Positions 11,282 through 24,235 are shown, counted from the whole stretch's first letter. The stretch: 63,976 bases of DNA, filler included, from Piptocephalis cylindrospora (GCA_003614145.1; 3 parts of 3 records of this genome joined end to end with filler, not necessarily neighbours in it), one strand, 5' to 3'. The notes: generated from the sequence alone by a model not told the origin. Program-made: numbers and translations.

Positions 11282-12971
11282 ATGCGTCACCTTCTTCCCA
11301 TATTCACCCTACTAGCAGCCTCTTCAGGCTATGCCATGCCCATGAAGGATGATCTGACCTCCTCTACTTTGGTCAATCGAATCGACATACCTTACCTTCC
11401 CCGTTCAAATGCTGACAAGGATTCTTTCTCCACGAAGGCTGATATTATCTTTCCCAATTTACCCAAAGTGAATTCCGAGGTCTCCTTGGACACTACTATT
11501 CAAGCGGCCTATGCCTACCTCCTCACTGTGTGGGGCTTGGCCACGGAAACACTGATCCGAAAGACGCACAATGAGTATAAGGAGACGCATGAACTTGGGC
11601 TAATGATTAAAGCCTATTCTGTCTCCGGGCTGCGCGAAAGATACTGCAACCACCTCTTTCCACCTGCCCCTAAGGGTAGGCGTAGAATTTGGAAAGCGGA
11701 CCCTCTTTATGTAGACAATGATTCTAGCGGTCTGCTCTTCAGGATCTGTGAGTCCTTTAAGGGGCAAAACCTGAAACTGTCGGCTCAACTCGAGCGTGCT
11801 TCCCCCATCAGCGCTGCCCAATGGGACCATTCTGTTAACTTGTTCCACCAAGAATCCATCCTTTCCAAGGATATCATCAATGGCAACCTTTCAGCCGAGA
11901 GATTCTTCAAGGAAGATGACAAAATCCACCTGAAAACCGAGTCCTTACAGGAGCAGCTGATCACTGCCATTCCCAGTAAAAAACCCCGGACACCCGGCCC
12001 TGTTTCCTCGGTTTTCCTTCGCGCAGTCATCAAGGCTTTCATTTCCAGTATGGTATACAACCCGTTCCATGAGGCGCATAAGTCCTCTGTGGATCACGAA
12101 AATGTACGCAGGATGAAGCAAATGGCGCTTACCTCCCATCTCCGATTCTGGAAAACCTCTTTCCCTAAGGCTTCTTTTGATCCTGTGTTCAAGGTAAGTG
12201 TATGCGAGCAGTAGATACAAACGCCTTGGTCAATCTGTCAGTCCTAACAACAACATCCCTCCCCTTATCCATTTAGGCTATCTTGGCAAGGACTAATGGA
12301 GGAAAGGATACAACGCCTCGGCCCCCAGTCATGATGGATGTCTCCAAGGCCATCTACAAGTCGTCCTCTCCAGTTAGAAGCATTCTGGAAAAGATTAAGC
12401 AAACTCATCGCTCCATCTCAGGCCCCCTTACACGCCCTGCCTCGCACCAATCCTCCCCTCCAGCAAGCGTAAAGAACGACAATCCCATCTCAGGCCCCCT
12501 TGAACTCTCTACCTCGCGCCAGTCCTCCCCTCCAGCGAGCGTGAAGGATGACAATTTTATCTCAAGCCCCCCTCAATTCTCTGTCTCGCGCCAGTCCTCC
12601 CCTCTAGTAAGCGTGGTGGACAAAAAGGCAGCTGAACAATTTACTCCTCTACCCAGATACAATAAGGTAAAATTAAGTATCAAAGTAACTTAAGGGTGAT
12701 GTTGTATCAAGACGTTAAACTAAACTATCCTCTCCGTTCTTTGATTACAATAGGCGAGGTCTACCAACCGAGCGACTCAGCAAATTCCCCGATTCAGACC
12801 AAACAAATCTGACTATGACTTCACATCGGTATGTGAGCCTAAGGGATGAACTGACTGGAGCGGTTTTCCTTGTAGGATACCATCATCACTATAAACTTAT
12901 CTCCATGCACTTTACCTCTTGGAATTCAGTACCTCAGCCCGATTGGTCATATGAGTAGATTTCTCTACTAG
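11282..12971 (+). CDS. Secreted hypothetical protein, paralog A; exons 11282..12193 and 12277..12666, later exons uncertain
   Basis: Signal peptide MRHLLPIFTLLAASSGYA. Clear similarity to the gene at 15082. GT-AG intron 12194-12276 keeps the frame into ORF 12283. The 3' end is tentative. Confidence 0.75.
12415..12620 (+). repeat. 72-bp (24-aa) coding tandem repeat, about 3 copies
   Basis: ATCTCA(G/A)GCCCCC recurs at 12415, 12487 and 12559, encoding ISGPL..SHQSSPPASVKNDNP / ISGPL..SRQSSPPASVKDDNF / ISSPP..SRQSSPLVSV. Confidence 0.9.
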
Positions 12972-15081
12972 GCGTGAGCACGTCCGACTTGGCTAATGGC
13001 CATTCTCCTCTCATTGGCTCCATTCGTGATAAGGTAGGTAGGGCATAACGATCTACTATTGAGGCGCTGACATATTTTCTCATATTCGTCTTCTGAATTG
13101 CTACTTATAATGCGCCTCCCATTAAATATAGGCCTTTGTCTGAAATTGGTATACTCATCTATTGGAATATGATCAGGAAAATGATCGCATTGCCTTTTGG
13201 ACGACCACTCTCATATACCATAATCCTCAAGGTCCGGAATGTGCCCTCTTCCCTTGAATCACCTCAACATCTCAAGCTCAGAGCGGTAGTAAGTGATGCG
13301 TCCCTTTCTCTTATAACATTACCTCTATCGTCATGGCAATGGTAACCTGGTATATAGGGTTGTAGGCGAGCGCTTCTATGGCTGGCAACAATGATCCTTT
13401 GACCCATCTTTCCAGTTAATCTTCCCCTTTAAGCGCTTTGCAGGCTATACTATCTGCCCTCATGTTACTCTACATCCCCTAACACCCTCATACATCTCCC
13501 GCACTATCCTGCGCCGCCATTTTTAAAATCAGAGATCGACCTTTATACATCTTTATTGTATTAGCCAGGCTCCTGAACGGGTTCCAGAATTGTGTTCCGA
13601 TAAACGAAAGGTCAATCTTATTGGTAAGCTCCAAATTAGCCCGTCTTAGAAATGCACTATGAGATACATTCATAGAAAAGAGACGTTCAGCACGATTCAC
13701 TCACCCTTTTGATTTAACGAGATGGATGATCATCCTGATTGGTAATTCCTAAGTGGAGAAAGGTGATGGATCTCCGAATACAATATCCCTCTAAATCGTT
13801 CTCTCCGCCAGTTAGTGCCCGCATCTTGGAAGAGCGATGTCTTCTCGAGAAGGTATAGGGCGTGTATGCAGTGTGTGTGTATACATGTTTGCAAGAAAGT
13901 ATCGGATGGCCTAAGCCTACTAAAGACTTAAAAGACGTGTATAAGTGTAGGACCCGGGTCCTAAGAGGGTTGGTCACGGGATATGTACTGGAGAAAGGTT
14001 TGTTCTAGAGGCGCGACAACCTAAGATAGGTCTAGAAAGGTATCCAAGGCAATGAAGAAAAGGGGACTCTTTCATCCTCAGACTCGCCCTTCGATTTCCT
14101 TTTTCTTTGCCACTCTTGGTCCTCCCTTGGTTCGCGTCTCTGCTTGACCCTTGATTCATTTGGCCAGGTCGTTCAGATTGGCTGCATTCACCACACCTTA
14201 CATTGTGTCTTTGGACATGAGTCCATCCTTAATGGTATATGATAGGCAAAGTATGATGAAGCGAGGATGGCTGAGGATGTGAGGAGGGCTGATGGAAAGA
14301 TAATTTTGGTCTGGATGGATCCCCACATCCATTCGTCACATCTTGTCAATAGCCCGAACGTGGTATGATGGGATAAGCTGACCAGTAGTCCATGCTCAAC
14401 TGTCATATACTATGCCCTCACAATAGAATTCCCAATCCATTCTTCAGTTCATCCATCCGCCTAATGATGTTCAAGCGTGTATTTTCCTGTCCACGGAAAT
14501 GCATGGATGCATGGATGCATAGGATAGTATAGTCAGGCCGTCTTTTCTACGTTTTGCCAACATCTGTTTTTGACCTGGCCTGGCCTGGATCGACCCTCTC
14601 TTTCACTGTGTTTTAGCCAATCGTTTCCCAACACACCCTTTACCCAGCCCGCCTGAGCCACATGTATTTCCTAATTACCTGCCCTCTTCTGAAACCCTCC
14701 CCCGCAGTGGCGGAGATCGTCCGTGAAAAAATTTAGCAGAGAGGAGCAGCAATGATGCAGCATTATCGAGCCTATTCTTACTATTCACATTTGCTGTCTC
14801 CTAGGAAGAAGCCATGTGGACTAGCAGTATCTTGGACCCTGACGGTCTGGGATTCTAGGATTGCTCATTTGATCACTGCTCCATAGCATAAAAGACCTGT
14901 CCTTCAGGAAGAAGGCAATGTCCCCAGCCGATCTATCCTCCCCCTCTTCTCTCTCTGTAAGCTTTGTCCACTCTGGATCTTACTTTTACGCCCTCCTATC
15001 CTAAAACGATTCAGTTATATCGCTGCTTCTCCTGAATTATTCTTGACGCCTTACCCAACTCTATTACGGACCTTTCACGAA

Positions 15082-16411
15082 ATGCACTTGATCCTCCCGA
15101 CCCTCTTCCTTCTGGCTGCCTCTTCGGGTCATGCCATGGACCCCAGCATCCGTCCTAAGGCCCATACAGAGCCCGATAAATGGACGCTTGACGAAATGCC
15201 CTATCTCCCGACCAGCGGCTCTTCATCCCGCAAATGGCAATTAGTGGCCGATCTGCTATTCTCCAATAACCTTCCTGACCTTCCTAAAGATGTTCAAAAT
15301 GACTCCCAACGCATCCGCATGAACCCCGATATCCCTGTAGCTTATGCCTACCTGCTCACTCTATGGGGATTAGCAACTGAGATCCATGTCCCGGAAAATG
15401 ACCAAGGATATGTAGAGACTACTAGCTTCTCCAACATATTTAACAGCTTAGCCGATCGTGTTTTCCTGTCGAAATCCTGCAATGCACTCTTTCCTCCTTC
15501 CCGCTTAAGCTCGTCCCATAGATGGCTGCCAGATCCTCTACATGTGGACAAGGATAAAAACGGGTTTCTCTCCAGGATCTGTGCTGGCTTTAAGCTTGGT
15601 TCCAAGTCCTCAAGTCCATTGGAAAATGCACCTTCCCTCAACAATAGGCAGTGGATGAAGACGGTCTTCCTCTTTTCCCAGAAAACCACAACCGTCATTA
15701 TTATGGAACAAGACCCTAACAGCGAGACATTTCAGGAAAAGGATTCCCTCAATCAGCTCGACATCGCCACTCTCAAACGTGAGCTACAATCTACCTCGGC
15801 CAAGATGAAACACACCATCCCTATGCCTACTTCGCCCATATTCTTGCGCACAGTCATTAAAATCCTCCTAACAAATCTGACATACAGCCCCCAAGGTTCC
15901 GTCTCGTCTGAATATCTAAAGTATATTTCCAGACTGAAGAAAATGGTTCTTGTTGCCCACCTCCGGTTCTGGGAGTCTTCTTTTCCCAATTCTAAATTTG
16001 GCCCCGCTTTCAAGGTAATTGGATGAGATGGGAGATCCGGCGGGGAATTGAGACGTCCAATGTTTCCCCTAAACTCTCTTCATATTGCCATAGGCCCTAG
16101 TCAGAAAGATTAACAAGGATGATCCAAGTGGGCATAAAAGACAATTTACTATGCACGATGCATCCAAGGCCATCTATGCCACTAATAGGCAAATTTTGGA
16201 CAATAACCAGCGAAGTAGGATCCCTCGGAAATCCTCAGCCGTGTCCATCGATACTGTAAGGAATAAGCTTGGGCCCTGGGATAATGCTTATATGGGTAAG
16301 GTTAATTTACTCTTTCACTGCATGCTTAGATCAAATATGCCTCCGACTCGCAATCCTTCATTGGGCACCCTCTTGAAAGAGTGCATGCTCGCCAAGACGA
16401 ATATCAAGTAA
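15082..16411 (+). CDS. Secreted hypothetical protein, paralog B; exons 15082..16014 and 16094.., 3' end uncertain
   Basis: Signal peptide MHLILPTLFLLAASSGHA. Shares PYLP, AYAYLLTxWGLATE, CNxLFPP, WxxDPLxVDxD, RICxxFK, FLRxVIK, HLRFWxxSFP, an intron after FK and exon-2 DxSKAIY with paralog A. Confidence 0.75.
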
Positions 16412-17481
16412 GTGGGTAATGATGACGAAATCCGCTTTCATGTTCCTATGAGAGGGTTCACGATGATTATTTGCCCCATATAACATTGCTAACTGTCGAC
16501 TGGTCCGTATGATGGTCGGAAAAAGCAAAATTCAGGGAGACATGGGCGATTGACTGAAGAGAAAAGGCATGCCTCATTGCCTAGGGAAACGGATGTAGAT
16601 AGAACTAGCTCCTCATCCAAGATGGCAGTCGATCGTCGTGTAAGTGCCTTTAGGGTGTTTTTTGACACTACGGCTTTCATTGTGTGAATCAGCACAACTA
16701 TTTTCCGGAAATTATGCTCATTCTTCCTTCCTGGAGGTAGATCATTGAATGGCGTAAGAAGGTTTCAGAGTATAGCTCTTCTAAGCATGGGATACAAGGT
16801 TCATCGGAACCCCCTCATGCCAGCTACGGTTCTTCAAATTTTGCTATGCATGATATCAACGATGATATCAGCCATCTCGACTTGAACGAATAACGAGTGA
16901 CGACTTCCCATTGATTGCAGTGTATCTGCCGTCGACAACATTACAAGTCCATTGTATGGCATATACTATGGACAAGGGAAGACGAAATAGATACATTTCC
17001 CCCTTTTTAAATAGCCATGTTATAATCGCCAGATTGTAAATCAAAAATTAATCGGCCCAGCTCTTTAGTACCCTCCCCATTGGTCTTATGGCAGATATGG
17101 TTGCTAGGTATCTGTTTATCAAGAGAAGTCCCTAGTACCACGCAGGACGGCCTAAGCGAGTCATGCGTTCGAATACTCTGTAGCTAGCCCCATGAGGGAA
17201 AAGTAAACCGGTTTTATCACCATCATTAGGAGAAGAAAGCAGGAAAATAGATTGATATAAAGTAATTTAATCTTCAAGTATATTGGGGAAGATCATCAGG
17301 AATACCCCTGTTTATAGAGGAATCATCCCTCGGGATGATTCCTTCCCATAGGGACAAGCGCAGGGATCTTTCAGACAGATGAGTCATCCGCACAACTTAC
17401 TGCATTCATTGTTTTCAGATTTATATGCATTCTGCCTACCATTATTGCTCAACAGTGTATACCGCTATTTATTTATTATCA

Positions 17482-20400
17482 CTACCTTTCCTGATAAGCT
17501 ACTTGCACGGCCCTGGCGGTACGTAGCAGCTCAATACCCATTCTCCTCCTAATCCCAGCCACGCCGGCCACAAGACCACGCCCTCCCAGTGATCCACTTC
17601 CACTGACCCTGGGGAGCGGATTGCCGTCAGACCCACCCAAGAAAAATGGAGGAGGGTGAGGAGTAGCCTGAGCGATTCCCGCTGTTGACTTCCATGGAGA
17701 TCTTGCCCTAGGAGGCACAACCGAGCTCTTTCCGTTTATCACCGTTGCACCGCCGCTCCCAAGGAGGGAAGTGGGAAGTTCCCCATGAATTGCCATGATC
17801 TGCTCCCCCTGTCAGGTAGGGAGAAAGGGGTGAGAAAGTTCATGAGAGTACATCATCACCATCATATCTCATTACCCATCTACGTACCTTGCGCTCCAAT
17901 CCTTCAAGTAGGCCATATAGCTTCAGGGCCAGTCCCTTCCTCTCGGCTCTTTCCAGTCGATTGAAATTCTCTTGATCCCGCCCATCATCTTTATTCCTGG
18001 ATATCCCATGATCAGCACTACGGGGAAGGAGATCCTCGTACTGAGCCAGCGTATCTTGATAAAGTTCTCGCATCTCCTCAAAATCCTCCTCAAGAAGGCC
18101 TAAGGCTTTGCTCAATCCATTGGTCCTGCCTTCATTTCCAACGCCGCCCTTCCCGATTGGTCCAGGCTGAGAAGTAGGGGTCAGTGGAACTAGCCCGCTC
18201 CCACAAACGGTACACTCGCTTGTCTTGTCCCTGGGAGTAGCACTGTAGGTTCCACTGTTCCCTCCACCTGACGATCTTCCCATGCTCTTTCCTGACCTTA
18301 GAGCCTTTTCTTGGTCCAGAAGGTCACTGACACGACGGAGGTTTTCGCTCACTGAAAAGGAGACGTGATTCTTCCCACTTCCTGCCCCACCCACACGGAA
18401 AGGCTTAGGATGCCCAAGAATGGATCCGCTCCGATTCTCCCCTCCTACCTGCCGGATCGGGCTGCAAGTGATGGGCTTAAGGAAACGGGCTGAGTCTAGA
18501 GCCCCTTCCCCGCTTTGTCCCTGGACCTCGTAGAGTGGGAGCCCACGAAGGTCAGGGAATTGAATAATGTTATCATCCCCTTCCACATCCCTCAAGAACC
18601 CCTTTTCACTACCAAGCTTGACCTGCTCATCCTCTCTGGAGGGAAGTACAAGGTAGGGCATTTCAGTCTGGACCCCTACATCCTCACAGGCAGCTCCTTT
18701 TGGTGAGAGGGGATGAGTAGTGGTTACCCTTTCCCTATCAGCGTCTATCGGCCCTCCGGAAGCGATGGGCGTAGGTAGTTGGCTGTGCAGATGATCTGCC
18801 ATCTCTTCTCCATCATCGACGACAGGGCCAGTTTCTTCAGAACCTACATCCTCCTGGAGCAAAGGGTAGTTGTCGAGGAGAAAAGTTTGTGGAGTAGTCT
18901 TACTAGGACCATCATCTCCTTCTCCTAGGTTCCCACCATCCTCTCTCCTTGAAATATCATCATCCTCCCGCTGTCTTTGTCTTTCGGCATCTCGTTCCTG
19001 TTTCAAAGCCTGGAGCTTGAATCCGGCATATTCGGCCTGGCGCTCAAGGACACGACACCGTTCGCGTAACCTTTCTACCTCATGGGCTTCCTCACCGGAC
19101 GGGGATGGGTACTCCGTCCTAGCCCTTCTCTTGATCCGAGCCTCCCGTCTCTCCATTCGCTCTTCTCTTCTAGTCAGCTCCATATCCCTGTGCTTGATGC
19201 TCTCTACCAAGGCTTTACATCTCCCTTTCCATCTATCTACCCTAGCTCTTTCATCCTCGAGAAGGGCCTTACCAGTCTGGATATCCTCATCAGCCTCACC
19301 TAAATACCTCTCGGCCATTTCCAGATGATGACGCAGATCGTCCACCTTCCCGAGAAGCTCTTCCCGCTCCTTCTCATGATGGATGATCTCAGTCTCGGCG
19401 GTGAGGAGTTTACTAAGGGTTCGTGCCATTCTCCCCGAGACATCAACCTCTTCATCCGACTCAGGGCTCTTGGTCGCCTGAAGCATATCCTGTTCAATGG
19501 AGCGAAGGCGGGATAAGTAGTGTTCTCTCTCACTCTCTAGACCACTGACTCGGGTCTTGAGCCGTTCCAAGGCACTCTCTAGTTCCCGCTGGCTAGACCT
19601 CTCGGGAAGGGACTGAATGGGAGGAAGAGCTTCTCGTTGCTGCCGAATTATCTCAGCTTCATCCTCACTGGCCTCTGGGCCAATGCGTAGAGGGGTCATC
19701 CCAGTAATTTCCCATACATCTGGAATCAGGGGAGATGGAACGAGCTGGGGTGGCATTGGCGGAGACGGGGAGAGAGACCCCGCGAGTTTCACTCTATCTG
19801 ATGGAATGGGCCCCGATACCTCCTGGGCCGTCGGGAGGGTGTTATTAACTTTGGCGGAGACCAAGGAGTGGATGGGGGTAAGGTCATTAGTCCATCCAGG
19901 CGCAGGAAGAAGAAGATCATTATCGTGATCCTGGACGCGCAAGAGGGGACCTTCCTTCTGCAAGGATGAGGGATGAGAATCACCTTCATTGGAGGTCTTT
20001 CTATCAAATTGAATCGAGTGATCTTCCCTTTTACTCTCTCTGGCCTTGGGCGTGATGGATCTATGATCTGTCATGACTGACGATGGCCGATGCTAAAAAT
20101 ATATGAATGAGTGAGTCTCTTCAATTCACCTCAGTAAAAAAATACATTATATCAACCAAGCAAAACCTTACCAATACAGGAGAATGTGATGATCCAGAGC
20201 GTAAAGAAGAATTGGATGGTTGTGCTGGCATTTTCCCCTTGTTCATCCTCACCTCCTTCATGGCCTGGTTATGGTCCTCTAGAGATTTTTCCCCTTCAGA
20301 GCCCTCCTCCAAGTACCCCTCAGGAATGGGCCTTTGGGATAGATTGCCATCAGCTAGACCAGGACCATCCGCTTGTACGCGCATATCATCCGCAGCGGCC

Positions 20401-20774
20401 ATGAGAGCGTCAATGTCGGCCATGAGCTCGTTGGCCCGGTCAAAACGACCAAGAGAAGGCCACTCGGAGGAGATGGACGCAGGAGGAGAGCCATAGGAAA
20501 GATGGTCAACAAGGTAAGGAGCATCCTGCAGGAAGGAGGAATGGGAGAAGAGATGTTCTTGGCCGATGGTGTCCTCCTCAACCCCAGGTACTCCCATCGG
20601 CTCTGGAGACCCTGTGAGAGCTGGATAGGGGAGCGCCCATGAGCTCTGCTGTTGACCCTGACTCTTGGCCCCTTCCGGGGATACGGCGGTGGCAGCCGAC
20701 GCCGGGGAGGAGTAGGCGGTCGAAGTGAAGCGGGAGAGAGGAGGCTGGGAAGCGGTGCCCGAGCTAATGGACAT
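17482..20774 (-). CDS. Cep57-like centrosomal/SPB coiled-coil protein; complement(join(17482..17808,17888..20092,20172..20774))
   Basis: Central coiled coil begins ALERLKTRVSGLESERE (Cep57_CLD-like). The C-terminal LSKALGLLEEDFEEMRELYQDTLAQY..ERKGLALKLYGLLEGLERK|GEQIMAIH resembles the Cep57 microtubule-binding domain once intron 17809-17887 is removed. Splice sites are frame-consistent. Confidence 0.65.
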
Positions 20775-21725
20775 GGGGAAGGAAGGGGATGTATGTGTGG
20801 AGGGGAGTGGAGGGACGAGCAAAAAGAAAGGTACAAAGCTAGATGCAATGAGCAAAAGGCAAGTGAGATGAAGTGGTAGGGGAAGGAGGAAATGCGTGAA
20901 CAAGGAATACACATGAGCGGGGCTGGGCCAACGGAGCTTTCGCCACTTTCCCCTGAGTCCGCTTGCCAGACAATGAATGTGGCCCCATGTGTAGGAAGGT
21001 GGTGAACGTAGCAAAGGGCTAGGATGATGCATCTGGATGTGGTGGCGGCAGTAATGATGAAATATGGGCCATTTGGCGCATATAATGGATGGGTTAATAC
21101 TGCTTGGCACCTGGCTCCATGGATACCCAGTGCCCTTCACAGTTTTCTCTACAGAGTACTTGGAAAGCGCTTGGTCGCGGTACTCAACGATAGATGAGGG
21201 CGCCAAGACCGTGGTGAAGATAGAGGTGGAGTATGAGCACGGCCAAGACCATTGTTGTCATTATGAATGACGGCTCGTTCAAGAGATTCTGTTGCATCCG
21301 AGAATGAATGAACCTCCCGTGATTGGCACTTCTATTCACATGCCCACCGCCTTGTGTCTAGGGCAGGCATTGTTGCATTCTGACCAAATCTCTCTACTCA
21401 ATACCATATAGCAAGAAATGGCAAAGGTTGTTGGCAGTAACGGCCATGATGACTAATGGGAAGAGGTGGAGGATGTTCAAAGTCTTGTTCGTATGGTCGG
21501 TGATGCTCCCTCTGGAGCGTCTCCTCTCCTGACACGCGCTTAGCTGGACGGCCACCACTCCTTAGCTTTACAGATTGACGCAAAGGGATCAGGACAATTG
21601 GCTAGGATGGATAGAGACATATTGAACACCCTCTCACCCACCCTCCTACATACACAAAGCACACGAAATAGAAACAAGGAGTATTACCGTAGACATGCCT
21701 TACACAGGGGGAGAAACGGAAAGGG

Positions 21726-24082
21726 TCATCGAGGAGGAATGGCTTTGTATCGCGGCTCAGTACTGACATGCCCGGTTGTACTACGAGTAAGGGGTAAGCA
21801 GCTATCAGAGGAGGACCAGTGGGGAACGGTGTCGCCACGAGGTGGGAGAACTCGTCCAGTCGTAGATCTCATACCAATCCGGGAGCCCACGCGTACTAGA
21901 CCCCGTGTTCCTCCCTCCCCTTCAGGTTGGTCCCTCCTATCCTTGGGGGCCTCGATAGGGTACTGCGAATGGGTCGAAACCATAACGTAGGATGGCTCAC
22001 CCAAGGATCGAGTTGGTAGGGATCGAAGGGGCGTAATCGGGGATCTAGGGGGTGATCCTCGACGATGGTCTGTTGGAGAGCAGGGAGATAAGACACGGGG
22101 TGGTTCAAGAGGAGATCCTAGGAGGGTCCCATCTCGATTCGGATCCAGCCTTCGACTCCCCAGACTGGGTGGAGAGGGCGAGGAGGGGGGACGGTGGGAG
22201 ACGACCTTGGAGAGGGAGGAGGAGCCGTAAGATCCCTGGATGTCTTGGTGTTTAGAGGAAAGGGCAGCACTGGCCATCCTTCTAGCCTGGATGATGGCAT
22301 CTACCCTACGCTTCTTCTCCAAGGCAATATCCGATGGACTGGCCTGAACCTCCCGTGGGGGCTTGAAGATTTCGTGAGCCCTTGATTTATCGGGGCTTCG
22401 TGCGATGGCCATGTCTGATGGGTGAGGACCTGATTTAGGTTCACCCATCTCCTTGGCTGATCGATGACTTGTGCGAATGGCCAAGTTGGATGGGTAAGAC
22501 CCAGAACGAGGCTCATCAGACTCCTTGCCAGATCGATGACTGGCTGTTCGAATGGCCTTTTTGAGCAGGGTGTGGCCTCCACCGCGATCCTTCCCAGAGT
22601 TAGAGAATATCCGGGATCCAACAGACATCCCTATACCAGGACGAGTTCCTCCTCGTACCTCCCGTTCTACCCTCTCATCGTGCGATTCCAGGATCCTGGG
22701 TAGCCTCATTAATCTTTCATGATCCCTCTCCTCTCTCTGAACCCCACCTACACCATCCAGACCTGGGCCCAACAAGGAGGCGTCCTCATCCATCATGATA
22801 CTAACGTCGGCTCCTTCGGGCAAATGCATCAAAACTTGAGCATCTAGACCTTCTTCTTCTTCCCACATTCCCCTTTCGCTTCCTGGCCGGATGGTCTTTC
22901 CAGAGGAGAAGCCAGAGGAAACATTCGTGCAGGTGGAGCCGGAATCCTCTCCCTCTCCACTGAACCCAAGGATACCCTCCCAGGTAAGGGACATATCCGG
23001 GGGGTCGGAAAGGCCAGATCGTAGGAACATAGATGGGGGTTCAGCCAGGAGAAGATCATCCTCATGGCTAAACTCCAGGATACTATCATGGATATTGGGG
23101 CCCTCCGACATGTCAGCCTGGGATTGAAGAGTGGATGTTAGCTGGCCCTTTGATTCCGGAGAGAGGGGGGTACGGTGATGTATCGATGGATCAACCTCAT
23201 TATTGCTTTGGTCTTCTATCTCAAGGTTTTCCGGGCTCCCTTCTTGGGTAATCGGGGGTAAGAGAGATGAAGCTGAGGGAGTACGACCAAGGGTTTTGAT
23301 GGTCTGATTGGCCCGATCTCCCTTTGTGGCAATGGGTTCATCTATCAGACCCAGCATGATGTGGGAAGTCTCACGATCTTCTGGGGAGGCGGGGGGAGAG
23401 GAGGAGTAGGAGGAGGATTTGGTGTGATCCACATCAAATGACATGAAAGGAAGGGATGAGGAAGTGTCGGGTGAGGAAGAGGAAGAGATGGATGAAGTGG
23501 ACTGGACCTCTGTATCACGAGGTCTGTTGAAATCCTCAGAAGTGCACTGCTTTTCCTCCTCTCCTGGGGAGGAGGATTCCGAGGAGGAAGAGGAAGAGGA
23601 GTTGGGTGTAATGGGTACAGCCTCATCTTCCGTGGCCCATCGGAAACTCTCCTTTAGTACTTCCAATTGTAGGGAGGAGGGGGCATGCTGCAGCAGACGG
23701 GGGATGAGGCGATGTAGTCCTTGAACCTGACGACGTAGCGTTTGGCTCTGGGCACATTCAATGTGATAAGCCCTGAGTAAGGCATCATACTAGGGGGGTC
23801 CAAGGAATGTGAGTAGAGTACATTTCCCATAGATTATATGATGGGATAAAAGGGGCATCCACCCACACCTACCTTCTCCGTTAGACTATCATGGTGGCAC
23901 ACATTATACTCAGTAGAGCTAGGCGAGGAGAGTTGGGTGGTGGGGGAGGGTGGAAAATGGGAAGAGGATGACTCGGGAGGCAGAGAGAGTTGTAGAGATG
24001 GAGGGGTTGTTCTGGAAGCGGGGACACGTGGTTCCTGCCGAGGTCGAGAGCCGATGGGGTCCAGTGTGCTGCTTTGGGACAT
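21726..24082 (-). CDS. Hypothetical largely disordered Ser/Pro-rich protein; complement(join(21726..23789,23873..24082))
   Basis: The 646-aa ORF extends upstream through YDALLRAYHIECAQSQTLRRQVQGL and a GT-AG intron (23790-23872). No recognisable domain apart from a short N-terminal coiled coil. Confidence 0.6.
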
Positions 24083-24203
24083 GGTGCACACGAAGGATAC
24101 AGGAAGGAGTAGGAGGAGAACAGAGCGAGGTAGCGTACGGATGAGAACTATCGAGGGGGCAATGCGATGGGGAACAGAGAGGGGGGGGGGGGGGGGGGGG
24201 GAA

Positions 24204-24235
<32 letters not shown>

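Noticed and set aside
13000..15040. Possible third decayed copy of the secreted family between the two paralogs
   Set aside because: Manual translation of parts of the region found none of the conserved blocks, only short ORFs.
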